64,000 nt of DNA from an uncultured Candidatus Saccharibacteria bacterium (GCA_964599225.1 CAZRDO010000003.1:8066-72065); one strand, 5' to 3'. Shown: positions 37,150 through 47,524, numbered from the stretch's first letter. The notes: generated by a model not told the origin, from the letters alone. Made by a program: numbers and translations.

Positions 37150-37683
37150 ATGGATACAGAAGTAATTGAAACAGGCGATAAGCGTCCTGTCTATGAAGTA
37201 AGCTTCCATCTTGTCCCAACACTTAGTGCAGACGAAATGGTGGCGAAGTTTTCAAGCCTCAAAGACATGCTCGCCGGAGCTGGGGCAGTATTTGTAAGCG
37301 AAGAAATTCCAAAAGAATTTACACTCGCGTATGAATTCTCTCATACCGTTGAGAACAAAAAAGAATGGTTCACCCATTCGTATTTCGGTTGGATAAAATT
37401 TGAGTGTGATGAGAGCGAGATTAGTAAAATCGATGCGGCACTCAAACTTGATCGCAGTGTCATTCGTTTCCTACTCATTAAAACAGTACGAGAGAATACG
37501 CTTTATGGAAAGCGTTTTGGTGTACCAGCACGTCGTCGCACCGAATCAAAGCATGAGACAGTAGAAGAGAAGAAACCAATTGATGCAGTTGAACTCGACA
37601 AAGAGCTCGATGCCATGCTCAGTGATGAGCCCGTTGTAGCTACAGACACAGAAGTAAAAGAGAAAGTTGAGACAGAGGCTTAG
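37150..37683 (+). CDS. rpsF: 30S ribosomal protein S6 with acidic C-terminal extension
   Basis: S6 fold pattern (YEVSFHLVP...LAYEF...GWIKFECDE...VIRFLLIK); operon with ssb and rpsR. Confidence 0.75.
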   Translation: MDTEVIETGDKRPVYEVSFHLVPTLSADEMVAKFSSLKDMLAGAGAVFVSEEIPKEFTLAYEFSHTVENKKEWFTHSYFGWIKFECDESEISKIDAALKLDRSVIRFLLIKTVRENTLYGKRFGVPARRRTESKHETVEEKKPIDAVELDKELDAMLSDEPVVATDTEVKEKVETEA

Positions 37684-37764
37684 CTATACAGAGGTGCATT
37701 CCTTTGTTAGAGTTAAACCATACATCCACAATGGTGGACATTACTCATAAAAGAGAAAAGTAGT

Positions 37765-38223
37765 ATGAATCTAAACAAAGTATTACTTATAGGAAATCTC
37801 ACGCGCGACCCTGAACTCCGCGCTCTCCCATCAGGTGTCAAAGTGGCAACCTTTGGAATGGCAACCAATCGAGTTTGGAAAGACGCAGAAGGCGTGAAGC
37901 GCGATGCAACAGAGTTTCATAATCTTGTTGCTTTTGCCCGCCCAGCCGAAGTCCTTGCCCAATATGCCAAGAAAGGAAGTCCACTCTACATCGAAGGCAG
38001 ACTTCAGACCCGAAGTTGGGACGATCAAGCAACTGGTCAGAAAAAATATCGGACTGAAATCGTTATTGAAAACTTCCAGTTTGGACCAAAAAGTTCTCCA
38101 GGCACTGGAGGTAATGATTTCAAAAGTCAGGAAAAACCAGAAAATAAGAAAGAAGAAAGTGATGCTGTAGATACCATTGAATATCCAGAAGAAGACATCA
38201 ATGCTGCGGATATTCCGTTCTAA
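37765..38223 (+). CDS. ssb: Single-stranded DNA-binding protein
   Basis: OB fold (NLNKVLLIGNLTRDPELR...TEFHNLVAF...LYIEGRLQTRSW) and the C-terminal acidic tail ending DIPF. Confidence 0.9.
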   Translation: MNLNKVLLIGNLTRDPELRALPSGVKVATFGMATNRVWKDAEGVKRDATEFHNLVAFARPAEVLAQYAKKGSPLYIEGRLQTRSWDDQATGQKKYRTEIVIENFQFGPKSSPGTGGNDFKSQEKPENKKEESDAVDTIEYPEEDINAADIPF

Positions 38224-38280
38224 TAACAGTAATTCAAAATATCGCTATCGCAATTAGTAAATTATCAATATACCTCATTC

Positions 38281-38481
38281 ATGAAACAAGACTTTTTTAC
38301 CGCAAATAATATCAAGCATCTTGATTACAAGGATACAGAAATCCTCAAAAAGTTTCTCTCTCCGACGGGCAAGATTCTTTCTCGTCGTCGCACAGGTGTG
38401 GCAAGTAAAAATCAGCGCCAGCTCTCACTTGCAATCAAGCGCTCCCGCTTTATGGGACTCCTCCCATACGTCGCGAGATAA
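38281..38481 (+). CDS. rpsR: 30S ribosomal protein S18
   Basis: [43 protein letters not shown] is the canonical S18 sequence. Confidence 0.9.
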   Translation: MKQDFFTANNIKHLDYKDTEILKKFLSPTGKILSRRRTGVASKNQRQLSLAIKRSRFMGLLPYVAR

Positions 38482-38494
38482 TTATTGAACAAAC

Positions 38495-38521
38495 TAAAAA
38501 GCACCTGAATAGGTGCTTTTT
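38495..38521. terminator. Bidirectional rho-independent terminator
   Basis: AAAAAGCACCT-GAAT-AGGTGCTTTTT between convergent rpsR and efp. Confidence 0.7.
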
Positions 38522-38573
38522 AGTTTGAATAAATGTATTTACAAGAGCATATACAATTTTACTTCTTTATATA

Positions 38574-39152
38574 CTATGCGCGTTCAGCGTATTCTCCTGT
38601 GACTGTATTGACGATGATTTTGTCACCTTCAGCGATGAAAAGGGGAGTTAAAATTGTTGCACCATTTTCAAGTGTGACTTGTTTGTTGCCGCCAGTGCGT
38701 GTGTCGCCTTTGATTGCAGGCGGTGCGTCTTTGACCACAAATTCCATTTTGACAGGAAGTTCAACTGAGATAGTCTTCTCTTCACCATCGTCATCAAATA
38801 TGACTGCCGTGACAATGGTATTGTCTTTGAGAAAGCGTGCACTCTCTCCAATGAGGCTACTCTCAAGTTTGAATCGATCAGAGGGATTGCCGGGATCACA
38901 AAACCAGAGTTCACCACGGTTTTGGTATAAAAATTTTACTTCACGTTTTATGATATCTGCCTCATCAATTTTGTCAGAGACATGAAATGTTTCGTTGTAG
39001 GTTTTACCAGTGAGGAGGCTCTTGAGCTTGACCTGGTTTTGAGGTTTACGCTGTTGTGTACGGGCCACATGGCTCTCGAGTACCTTGCAAGGCTCACCTT
39101 GGTAGACGATAATTTTGTTTTCGCGGACTTCGTTGTATTCGAGGATAGCCAT
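38574..39152 (-). CDS. efp: Elongation factor P
   Basis: MAILEYNEVRENKIIVYQGEPCKVL...KGDTRTGGNKQVTLENGATILTPLFIAEGDKIIVNTVTGEYAERA (192 aa). The longer track ORF (to 39398) has an 82-aa non-homologous N-terminal extension that overlaps the divergent gene, so I rejected it. Confidence 0.9.
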   Translation of the reverse strand: MAILEYNEVRENKIIVYQGEPCKVLESHVARTQQRKPQNQVKLKSLLTGKTYNETFHVSDKIDEADIIKREVKFLYQNRGELWFCDPGNPSDRFKLESSLIGESARFLKDNTIVTAVIFDDDGEEKTISVELPVKMEFVVKDAPPAIKGDTRTGGNKQVTLENGATILTPLFIAEGDKIIVNTVTGEYAERA

Positions 39153-39357
39153 ATGAATGGGGTTAAAGTTTAAAGTTGGAAACTTGCCCGACTGAAAAGT
39201 TTCAATCTTTCGGGCGGGGTTGATGGAATAAAAATAGGCGAACCGCCTTAAGAGCACTATAGCAATATTAGTGGTTTTTGTGAATACAGATTTAAAACAT
39301 AGAGTTGTTGACTTGAAGAGATCTTTATGGGAATCTGAGTTTAGAAAACTAAAGGCA

Positions 39358-39897
39358 ATGAATATAAATGAGATTGTTAAAGCACCAAAATATTTCAAAG
39401 TTCATTTTGATGAGTCCTATGTAGGCATAGACGGTTATGATAGTGGCCGGGCATATCCAATTACATGTGATGGATTTACGTGCAATGTGTACGGTCTCTC
39501 GGAGGAAGAAGCAGTTACGTTTGATCCACATCGGTTAAGAGGCTTGTTGAGAGGTAGTCGTCTCATAGATATCCTCTGGGATGCACCTGATAGGGAAACC
39601 CTCATGAAAGAAATTGAGAATGATGAAAGGGTGAAAAGTGGAGTCTACAAGCTTGCTCGCTGGACATTAAACGGGCAAATTGAAGACATCCCAGCCTGTT
39701 CCAGAATGTACATTGATAAGAGCGATCCAGCCCTTTCAATTCTTTGCGGTAAGCCGAAGAATGAATTTAATGATGGATGTTTAGGAGGGTGCATTATCCA
39801 AGGTTATGACATTGAGGATGAGACATTAGAAGAGATCAAATGCCCACTTAAAAAAATGTGGGAAGAAAGATCTAAAAAGGCAAAAGTATCTGCATAA
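39358..39897 (+). CDS. Cysteine-rich hypothetical protein
   Basis: Eight Cys (ITCDGFTC, PACSR, LCGKP, DGCLGGC, KCPL). ATG at 39358; the track ORF begins at 39271 with a non-ATG codon. Confidence 0.4.
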   Translation: MNINEIVKAPKYFKVHFDESYVGIDGYDSGRAYPITCDGFTCNVYGLSEEEAVTFDPHRLRGLLRGSRLIDILWDAPDRETLMKEIENDERVKSGVYKLARWTLNGQIEDIPACSRMYIDKSDPALSILCGKPKNEFNDGCLGGCIIQGYDIEDETLEEIKCPLKKMWEERSKKAKVSA

Positions 39898-39909
39898 AAA
39901 TAGGCTCAC

Positions 39910-39945
39910 AAAAATCCCTGCAAATTATGCAGGGATTTTTATTTT
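39910..39945 (+). terminator. Rho-independent terminator
   Basis: 9-bp stem ATCCCTGCA / TGCAGGGAT with an AATTA loop, followed by TTTTTATTTT. Confidence 0.7.
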
Positions 39946-39998
39946 AATTGACTCCTAATCTCATCTATGAGAATCTAAATTTAGAAAACCTTGTAGTT

Positions 39999-40319
39999 AT
40001 GGAAATCCCTGAATTATCCATGGAACGGCTCGTGCACATTATTGCTTCCATGGCGGGTTTCTATGGTAAGAGATGTGAAGCAGTCGTTAATTATGGATTG
40101 GATGAATGTTTTTTATTTCTTGGGCTAGAAGAAAAAGACGTTACCATTTATTATAATGAAATACAGTGTCTGGTTGATAATGACATACTTGAGCTTAGTT
40201 GTGGCTCCGATGAGCCAGGACACGAGACTGAGGTATATGTTTTAACAGATGAGGCGGAGGAAAAGATAAAAAAAATTCTAAAAAACAAAAAGGAATTTTT
40301 TTTAAAGAAACTTACCTAA
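39999..40319 (+). CDS. Hypothetical acidic protein
   Basis: Short ORF between two terminators. ATG at 39999 (MEIPELSM); the track start at 39948 is a non-ATG codon. No domain. Confidence 0.3.
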   Translation: MEIPELSMERLVHIIASMAGFYGKRCEAVVNYGLDECFLFLGLEEKDVTIYYNEIQCLVDNDILELSCGSDEPGHETEVYVLTDEAEEKIKKILKNKKEFFLKKLT

Positions 40320-40346
40320 CGGAGCTTTTCAGCTCCTTTTTCTTTT
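40319..40346 (+). terminator. Rho-independent terminator
   Basis: GGAGCT-TTTC-AGCTCC followed by TTTTTCTTTT. Confidence 0.65.
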
Positions 40347-40378
40347 ATAAAACCTAAAAATTAGCACCCAGGGTCTAA

Positions 40379-40417
40379 TTATTCCTCAGAGCTTCCACTC
40401 GAAGTTTGGATTTCACC
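40379..40417 (-). repeat. Direct-repeat copy A: non-coding duplicate of the last 12 codons plus stop of recA
   Basis: On the minus strand it reads [12 protein letters not shown]-stop. Over the 37-nt shared core (the 39-nt copies minus the differing stop codons) it differs from the genuine recA 3' end (42696-42734, [12 protein letters not shown]-stop) at 4 positions, mostly third-codon positions. It lies 13 nt downstream of the metzincin stop. Confidence 0.8.
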
Positions 40418-40430
40418 TCGGTCTTTTAAA

Positions 40431-42689
40431 TTATAGTTTAATCTGTTTTAAAACTTTGTTAAAAAAAGTCTGGCCGTTTGTAGCTGAGCGCTCTTGTGTG
40501 GAAGATTCTTCAGGACTTCCATCAACAATTTGTATTATCTGTGTGTGAGGTTCAGACAAAGAACCTGAGTCTATATTTGTTGACGAAGCGGTGATCTCAT
40601 ACAGACCAGGTAGTGTACCTTTAGGGATCGTAATCCAGAATATCCACAGCGCGGTAGACGATGAACCATTGATATTAAATACAGTCTCATAGGAAGATAG
40701 ACCATCTTTTGTGAGCGGGGAGTCATACTCAATCTTAAAATTAAAACCTTGAGAAAAGCACTGTACTGGGTTTTGGTTTTTGATTGTGTATATCTCAATC
40801 AGTTTCTTATCATTTGCCGCAACCTCATTTGCATCAATTTTCACTGTCATTCCATCAAAAGGGATATTTTCAACATTCTCATTACCAACAGAGGTAAGAC
40901 TTATGAGCGCAGGCTCTGAACAGTCAGGTTCAGAGTAAGGATATGAGTCAATTCCAACATGGAATGTCACGTAGTCGTTACTTAGGTACTTTATATCTTT
41001 TTGTTTTGTTGGAAACTGTTCAGTAATATATTTGTCTGGTCCCTGGTGTATTTCCACAGAATCTATAACTAGATTATATGAAGGGTCTGAGAAACTATTT
41101 CCAGGGGATAGTGTTGATTTCTTTAGGTCATCACCCCAATCTTGAGTGCTTGGAAAAGCATCGAGTATTGAATTGTTTTTATAGAGTCTAAGACCTGGGT
41201 AATTGAGTGCTTGGTTACTAAGTGCCCCATCAAATCCTAGCGGATAGCGATATTCCAAGGAATATGGTGTCGGCACTACCGTTCCAGTGTCTGAAATAAA
41301 TGAAATAGTAGCTAAACGTTTATTAGATGATTTTTCCATTGGGTAGAGAGTGTATTCTCCTGGTCCAGTGATAGAGACAATATCCGTAGAGGGTATCCAG
41401 CCGAGCAAGGATTTACTCCATGCGTTAAAATGAAGTCCGTATTCACTTGAGCCCATGGTGTCGTACAGATTTCCATATTCAACCGTTGAGCAACCCGACT
41501 CGCCAAGCGTTGTGTTTCCACAATCAAAACCAGAAGAGTGACTTCTTCCAAGCAGGTGTCCAACTTCGTGTGTAAGCACACGATCAAGTGGAGTCCATGA
41601 GAATGGATGATATTGACTCCACGATATATTTTCTCCGTACCACCAACTACTTCCAACTGATGTCGCGAAGGAATCGCCAGAGGCATTGCCGAAGAAGTCT
41701 TCGGAATCTTCACAATTTTGGATGACGTAAGTGAAATCATATTCATCAAGATTAATTTCATTTGCAGTAATGTATGCTTGAAGTTCTGAGTCTGGGGCAA
41801 TGTTCCCCATGAGGCCACAGGTCTCACTATCACGATGTTCTGTAACCCAGCCATAAACCTCTCCAGCAAAAGTTGCTTTGCCATAAGATTGCTCTTCGAA
41901 GAATTTCGTGAAATTGCCATCAAAGATTCGTGTATAGGCGGTTTCAGAATCAAAGGGATTTGTAGTGGTGTCTTCATAATTTACAAGAAAGACTACCATT
42001 GTATATTCAGGCTTATCAACAATATCAAGTGTATGAACATGAGGGGCAGATATTGGTATAGGGTTTTTTTGGTTTGCGGTGGCGTCTTCAGTTTTTTTAT
42101 TTTGGCTGGTTATTTTGCCAATAAAAAATTCACCAATTTTGTGACCGGTTACGGTTACATTTTGATGTTCATCAATATCTTTAATTTCTGATCCAATATT
42201 TACAAATAAATACTCGCTCCCCGAATTAAGTATATATGAGGGCTCAGCATGTTCGCCTTTTGAAGGGAATGATTTGTCTTTGGTACTATGGATATGAATA
42301 GTGGAGAGAGCCCCTCCGACTGTAGATTCTGATTCGAGGAGATCAGAGAGGCTAGAAGGTATGGCTTGCAAAGTCTGCTTATCAAAAAGAAGAGAAGTGA
42401 ATTGAGTTGGAGAAGATCTTGCAATTTTTGCAAGATAGTAACGGCGTTCAATTAGTTTCTGACGAAGATTCGTTTCGTTCTGGACAGGGCTTTTAAGTAA
42501 GACCCCTATTTCTGCATTAATAGTTTGTGCTGATTCGACTAATTTTTTTGCTTCCACTGACACTATTTGTGCGGACTGAGTATTTTCTCGCAGGAGGGAA
42601 GGGAACTTAATTATAAAAAAGCCAAAAAACACAAGTACTGCTAGTGATGCAATTACTTTGAAAGTATCAAACTGATGATTATTTTGCAT
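40431..42689 (-). CDS. Secreted/membrane-anchored metzincin-like zinc metalloprotease
   Basis: N-terminal anchor, then an extended zinc motif HEVGHLLGRSH (HExxHxxGxxH). The ATG lies only 6 nt after the recA stop codon. Confidence 0.7.
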   Translation of the reverse strand: MQNNHQFDTFKVIASLAVLVFFGFFIIKFPSLLRENTQSAQIVSVEAKKLVESAQTINAEIGVLLKSPVQNETNLRQKLIERRYYLAKIARSSPTQFTSLLFDKQTLQAIPSSLSDLLESESTVGGALSTIHIHSTKDKSFPSKGEHAEPSYILNSGSEYLFVNIGSEIKDIDEHQNVTVTGHKIGEFFIGKITSQNKKTEDATANQKNPIPISAPHVHTLDIVDKPEYTMVVFLVNYEDTTTNPFDSETAYTRIFDGNFTKFFEEQSYGKATFAGEVYGWVTEHRDSETCGLMGNIAPDSELQAYITANEINLDEYDFTYVIQNCEDSEDFFGNASGDSFATSVGSSWWYGENISWSQYHPFSWTPLDRVLTHEVGHLLGRSHSSGFDCGNTTLGESGCSTVEYGNLYDTMGSSEYGLHFNAWSKSLLGWIPSTDIVSITGPGEYTLYPMEKSSNKRLATISFISDTGTVVPTPYSLEYRYPLGFDGALSNQALNYPGLRLYKNNSILDAFPSTQDWGDDLKKSTLSPGNSFSDPSYNLVIDSVEIHQGPDKYITEQFPTKQKDIKYLSNDYVTFHVGIDSYPYSEPDCSEPALISLTSVGNENVENIPFDGMTVKIDANEVAANDKKLIEIYTIKNQNPVQCFSQGFNFKIEYDSPLTKDGLSSYETVFNINGSSSTALWIFWITIPKGTLPGLYEITASSTNIDSGSLSEPHTQIIQIVDGSPEESSTQERSATNGQTFFNKVLKQIKL

Positions 42690-42695
42690 GAGTCT

Positions 42696-42734
42696 CTATT
42701 CCTCAGCACTTCCACTTGAGGTTTGGATTTCACC
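42696..42734 (-). repeat. Direct-repeat copy B (functional 3' end of recA)
   Basis: Homologous to 40379-40417; together they bracket the metzincin gene. Confidence 0.8.
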
Positions 42735-43748
42735 AAAGCGTTTGCGAATTTCTTTCATCAAGTAGTCAGTGATCTTTGGATTTGCGCGTAAGTGTTGGCG
42801 AGTTGCATCATAGCCCCGTTCAAGTTTCTGATCAGCTCCATCCTTATCAACATACGAGTACGAAGCGCCACTCTTTTTGACAATACCGATTTTCTCACCG
42901 AGCGCCATGAGCTCACCTTCGCGTGAAATACCTTCGCCGTAGATAATATCGAATTCAGTTTGCTTAAATGGTGCAGCAACTTTGTTCTTCACCACTTTCA
43001 CTCGTGTGCGGCCGCCGACGACTTCCTCACCTTTCTTGATTTGTGCAATGCGACGGATATCCATACGGATAGATGTGTAGAATTTGAGTGCCTTACCACC
43101 TGGGGTAGTTTCAGGATTACCAAACATCACACCAATCTGCATACGAATTTGGTTGATGAAGATCACAATGGTATTTGATTTGGAGACAATAGCAGTGAGC
43201 TTGCGGAGTGCTTGGGACATCAGACGTGCCTGCTTACCCATATGTTGCTGTCCCATATCACCTTCGATTTCATCTTTGGGAGTGAGTGCGGCGACCGAGT
43301 CGATGACGACGACGTCGATCTTGCCTGAGCGGACAAGTGACTCACAGATTTCAAGACCTTGCTCTCCTGTGTCAGGTTGAGAGATGAGAAGATCATTAAT
43401 ATTGACGCCTAAATTTTTGGTATAGACCGGATCCATAGCGTGCTCTGCATCGATGTAGGCACAGACACCGCCTTTCTTCTGTGCTTCAGCGACTATGTGA
43501 AGTGCGAGGGTCGTTTTACCAGAAGATTCAGGTCCATAGATTTCAATAATACGGCCACGGGGGACACCGCCGACGCCGAGCGCCATATCGAGTCCAAGTG
43601 AACCTGTCGGAATGACATCGATATCAACTTTGGGCGTGTCACCCATTTTCATAATCGAGCCTTCGCCGAATTTAGTTTGGATTGATTTAATGGTATCTTC
43701 GATTGCCATGTCCATGGTTTTGGCTGGCTTTGGTTGTTTTTTTATCAT
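42696..43748 (-). CDS. recA: Recombinase RecA
   Basis: Walker [14 protein letters not shown]1/L2 loop regions, and near-identity to the RecA consensus along the whole length. Confidence 0.95.
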   Translation of the reverse strand: MIKKQPKPAKTMDMAIEDTIKSIQTKFGEGSIMKMGDTPKVDIDVIPTGSLGLDMALGVGGVPRGRIIEIYGPESSGKTTLALHIVAEAQKKGGVCAYIDAEHAMDPVYTKNLGVNINDLLISQPDTGEQGLEICESLVRSGKIDVVVIDSVAALTPKDEIEGDMGQQHMGKQARLMSQALRKLTAIVSKSNTIVIFINQIRMQIGVMFGNPETTPGGKALKFYTSIRMDIRRIAQIKKGEEVVGGRTRVKVVKNKVAAPFKQTEFDIIYGEGISREGELMALGEKIGIVKKSGASYSYVDKDGADQKLERGYDATRQHLRANPKITDYLMKEIRKRFGEIQTSSGSAEE

Positions 43749-43757
43749 AGTAGTAAG

Positions 43758-44168
43758 TTAGCTTTTAAGTACTCCGCTTCCTTCAGTATTCTCAAGTACT
43801 GACTCAATGTGTGGGGTGTACATGAATCTATAGGTCAGCACTTTTGTTTTACCCCAGCGATTTGAGGCACTGACGCTCAGTACATTATATCCCGAAAGTG
43901 GGGCAATGACATCAGCGAATGATCCGTCTGGAGAGAGGAGGACTTGGCGACCGTTTATATAGAGGGTGTTGACGCGCTCGGTAGTGCCAGAGAGTGGAAG
44001 TGTCGGTTCACTATACGTCATACCATTTTTGATATTTGAGAGGGAAACTGACATACCACGTATTGCAAGCGTTCCTCGAAAGTACGCATAGGCGATGACA
44101 ATCACAAACAGTAGACCAAGCGCCAGTGCACCGAGGCCAATTTTATGATGTTTAGTAATTGTCCACAT
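43758..44168 (-). CDS. Membrane-anchored hypothetical protein
   Basis: 136-aa ORF with an N-terminal TM, placed between ftsK and recA in the same orientation. Confidence 0.45.
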   Translation of the reverse strand: MWTITKHHKIGLGALALGLLFVIVIAYAYFRGTLAIRGMSVSLSNIKNGMTYSEPTLPLSGTTERVNTLYINGRQVLLSPDGSFADVIAPLSGYNVLSVSASNRWGKTKVLTYRFMYTPHIESVLENTEGSGVLKS

Positions 44169-44210
44169 ACGAGTTAGTAAATAGTGAGTAGTAAATAGTA
44201 AATAGAAACA

Positions 44211-46400
44211 TCAGATAGTTCCAGAAATACCACCTGGGTCGATGTTATTCACCGGTTTCTCGAGCACTTCTCTTGGTTTGGCACCATAGCCTGGACCAAC
44301 TATACCTTTCTCTTCAAGCATATCAACAAGTCTCGCTGCGCGTGCGTATCCAACTCCAAGTTTACGCTGGAGGAATGATGTCGAAGCTTTACCTGCTTCA
44401 ATCACTGTCTGACGTGCTTCTTCGTACAGTTCATCGTCGTCATCATTGTCAACAGAGTCACTGAAGATTGTTTTGCCCTCAGAAATTGGTCCAGAGAGAA
44501 TAATTTCACTTGGTGGTTCGTCTTTGAATTGTGAAGCGATGAACTTCACGACACGCTTCACTTCTTCTTCTGAGATGTAGGCGCTTTGGAGACGTTCAGG
44601 ACTTGCCATATCACCGGCGAGGTAGAGCATGTCACCGGCACCGAGAAGTTTCTCCGCACCAGATTGGTCCAAAATTGTACGTGAATCAATTTGTGAAGAC
44701 ACCTGGAGGGCGATACGCGAAGGCACGTTGGCTTTGATGAGTCCGGTAATGACATTGACCGACGGACGTTGAGTGGAGAGGATGAGGTGGATACCGACTG
44801 CGCGCGCCATTTGAGCGAGACGCACGATTGCTGACTCAAGTTCCCGAGGATAGCTTTGCATAATATCTGCAAGTTCATCAATGACGACGACAATATAGGG
44901 GAGTGGATCGATTTCATCATCTGGTCCAGCCTTGCCACTGACATTGGTGTGGTATGAAATTAAATCGCGCACGGCATGCTCTTCTAAGAGTTGGTAGCGA
45001 CGTTCCATTTCTTTGGTTGCCCACTTGAGTGCGAGAATTGCTTTCTTGGCGTCAGTAATGACTGGGGTAAGGAGGTGAGGGATGCCGTTATAGAGGGTAA
45101 GTTCAACACGCTTCGGATCAACCATGATGAATTTAAGGAGTTCAGGTCCATTACGATAGAGAAGTGAGGTAATAATAGTATGAATGGTGACAGATTTACC
45201 TGCGCCAGTGGCACCGGCGACCAAGACATGGGGCATTTTGGCCAAATTGGCAAAACGAGCTTTACCGGAAATATTCTTGCCGAGTGCAATCGAAAGCACG
45301 GTGCCAGCACTGAAACCAGCTTCGCCGAGAAGTGTGCCGAGGCCAACGACTGACTTGGCGCGGTTGGGTACCTCAATGCCAACAAGTGATTTGCCGGGAA
45401 TTGGTGCTTCGATTCGAATTGGGTGAGCGGCAAGCGCAAGGCCAAGATCATTTTGAAGTGAGAGAATGCGAGAGAGCTTCACACCTTCAGCTGGCTTGAT
45501 GGCGTAACGAGTGACTGTGGGACCAGTTGTGATTTCATCCATCTCAACTTCAATGCCAAAGTTTGCGAGTGCACGTTTGATGATGTTGGCGTTGGCTTTG
45601 ATATCGCCGGTGTTAGGTTTACCCCGATCGTTTTCAAGGAGTGAGAGTGGTGGTGGGGTATAGGCTCCAAGCATCCGGCGGCGTGCTGGTGTAGGTACGA
45701 TATCGTCATCATGGCTCTCATCACGTGGTACTTCGATGGGTTCTGGCTCACGCATGGGTAGTGGAGCTGAGTTTGGAATCTCAGTTTTTGGGAGAGACTC
45801 TAGAGTAAGTGTATCTTCGGTAAGTCCAGAAATTTTCACTTCCTTCTCTAATTCATCATTTGATATTTTTTTCTTAAACAATTTTTCAAAGAATGCCTTA
45901 ATGCCAGGGATTGATGGGGTAGAGTCAAAAATGACCATAAGGGAGATAATGAAAAATCCGCAGAAGATAACCATACTGGCGATTGGCCCAAAAAGTTTGA
46001 GAAAGGGGATCGAAACAATATCTCCGACGACTCCACCAATTCCGTGTTCTCCCATCCCAATTTCAATAATACCGAGACCTGAGAGTTTAAAAATAATTGA
46101 TCCGATAATATGCGTGCGAGCAACTTTAGGGCGCTTATTATTCAAGAGTGAAATTCCTAGGAGTCCAAAGACGAGTGGTGCGAGGAAGAATCCAACACCA
46201 AAGAGTCCCTTCAAAATTCTGAAAACAAATTCTCCAGCAGGCCCGGCAAGATGGAGGGAAGAGAGAGCAAAAAAGATTGCAACTATAAACAACAATACTG
46301 CGTAGACATTTTGCCACGTTTTCTGTTCAAGGTGTCTGGTTGGCTCAGCTTCTCCGCGCTTACTCTTCTTGCGAGCATTCTCAGATTTTTTTTTCGCCAT
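44211..46400 (-). CDS. ftsK: DNA translocase FtsK/SpoIIIE
   Basis: N-terminal 4-TM domain, Walker A GATGAGKSV, and a C-terminal gamma wHTH (SFLQRKLGVGYARAARLVDMLEEKGIVGP). Confidence 0.9.
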   Translation of the reverse strand: MAKKKSENARKKSKRGEAEPTRHLEQKTWQNVYAVLLFIVAIFFALSSLHLAGPAGEFVFRILKGLFGVGFFLAPLVFGLLGISLLNNKRPKVARTHIIGSIIFKLSGLGIIEIGMGEHGIGGVVGDIVSIPFLKLFGPIASMVIFCGFFIISLMVIFDSTPSIPGIKAFFEKLFKKKISNDELEKEVKISGLTEDTLTLESLPKTEIPNSAPLPMREPEPIEVPRDESHDDDIVPTPARRRMLGAYTPPPLSLLENDRGKPNTGDIKANANIIKRALANFGIEVEMDEITTGPTVTRYAIKPAEGVKLSRILSLQNDLGLALAAHPIRIEAPIPGKSLVGIEVPNRAKSVVGLGTLLGEAGFSAGTVLSIALGKNISGKARFANLAKMPHVLVAGATGAGKSVTIHTIITSLLYRNGPELLKFIMVDPKRVELTLYNGIPHLLTPVITDAKKAILALKWATKEMERRYQLLEEHAVRDLISYHTNVSGKAGPDDEIDPLPYIVVVIDELADIMQSYPRELESAIVRLAQMARAVGIHLILSTQRPSVNVITGLIKANVPSRIALQVSSQIDSRTILDQSGAEKLLGAGDMLYLAGDMASPERLQSAYISEEEVKRVVKFIASQFKDEPPSEIILSGPISEGKTIFSDSVDNDDDDELYEEARQTVIEAGKASTSFLQRKLGVGYARAARLVDMLEEKGIVGPGYGAKPREVLEKPVNNIDPGGISGTI

Positions 46401-46676
46401 AGATTCACATGATTATATCATGGAACAACGTATACAAATATTATTCAGATGATTATTATTTTGAATAAAATTGATATATGTTACATCAAGATTTTCCATA
46501 GTTTTATGAATGAAATCAGGATAGTTATTGGTTCGAGAACGAGGCCAGTAGACAGGTGTCAAAAGATGAGTCGCTTAGGCATAAAGTAGCAGTCAAGAAC
46601 TTGCAAAGGGATACTGTCCTATATATACTCTTGGTGTCTTTTAGGTTATTTTTTATTAAGGACAGAGATTTTTCAA

Positions 46677-47492
46677 ATGGACTTATATAAAAAAAATAAT
46701 GAAACTCTATCACAGGCTCCAGCTGGTAGTCTTAATTCTCCTTTGCTACATAAGGCTATTTCTAATAAGGACAGTGTCTTTTTAGAACAAAGGACACAAA
46801 AACTCTCTACTGCTATCCACATGGTTACGGATTCGTTACCAGAGACTGAGGCACTAAGACATGACCTGCGAGCAGTCAGTTTGAAACTATTGGGAGCTTC
46901 GTTCTCACTTGAACTTTCTTCTGGTGAATCCCAGGCCCTCCAATTCAAAGAGCTTGAAGTTGGAGTGAGGAATATCATGGCACTTGTAGAACTCGCCAAA
47001 ACAATTGGACTTATGGGCCAGATGAATGCAGACATCCTTTTGCAAGAACTCAAAAACATAGGATCATATGTACTTGAATATTCTAATCGAGCCACAAGAG
47101 AAAGTGGAGTACTCATTCGTACAGAGAAACTCATGGAGGTGTCACTTGAAGGCATGTTCCCAATATTCGAAAACAAAACCACTTTAATAGGACACGATTC
47201 TGGTCAAAAAGGACAGGTATTAAACACAGAATCATATAAAGGACATCAGGAATTAAATAAGAGATATCGGAACCCAAAACAGCTAGAAGTTGTCCTTAAG
47301 AGTGAGCGAAGAAGTGCGATACTTGGAGTCCTTAAAAATAAGGGAGAGATTAGTGTCAAAGATGCTTCAGAAGTAATAAAAGATTATAGTGAAAAGACAA
47401 TTCAGCGTGAACTTATAAGTATGGTTAGTGAAGGAATTTTGAATAAAATTGGCAATAAAAGGTGGTCAAAATATTCCATAAGGACAAAGTAA
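46677..47492 (+). CDS. Hypothetical protein with C-terminal DeoR-like winged HTH (possible regulator or Rep-like DNA-binding protein)
   Basis: The C-terminal RRSAILGVLKNKGEISVKDASEVIKDYSEKTIQRELISMVSEGILNKIG is wHTH-like. The gene body and flanks are studded with the heptamer AAGGACA. Confidence 0.45.
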   Translation: MDLYKKNNETLSQAPAGSLNSPLLHKAISNKDSVFLEQRTQKLSTAIHMVTDSLPETEALRHDLRAVSLKLLGASFSLELSSGESQALQFKELEVGVRNIMALVELAKTIGLMGQMNADILLQELKNIGSYVLEYSNRATRESGVLIRTEKLMEVSLEGMFPIFENKTTLIGHDSGQKGQVLNTESYKGHQELNKRYRNPKQLEVVLKSERRSAILGVLKNKGEISVKDASEVIKDYSEKTIQRELISMVSEGILNKIGNKRWSKYSIRTK

Positions 47493-47524
47493 TTGTAAAG
47501 GACAGTTATGTAATTAAGACACAT

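Noticed and set aside
38574-39398. Long ORF-track version of efp (274 aa)
   Set aside because: Only the C-terminal 192 aa (from the ATG at 39152) are EF-P. The 82-aa extension is non-homologous and overlaps the divergent gene and promoter region, so I trimmed the call to 38574-39152.
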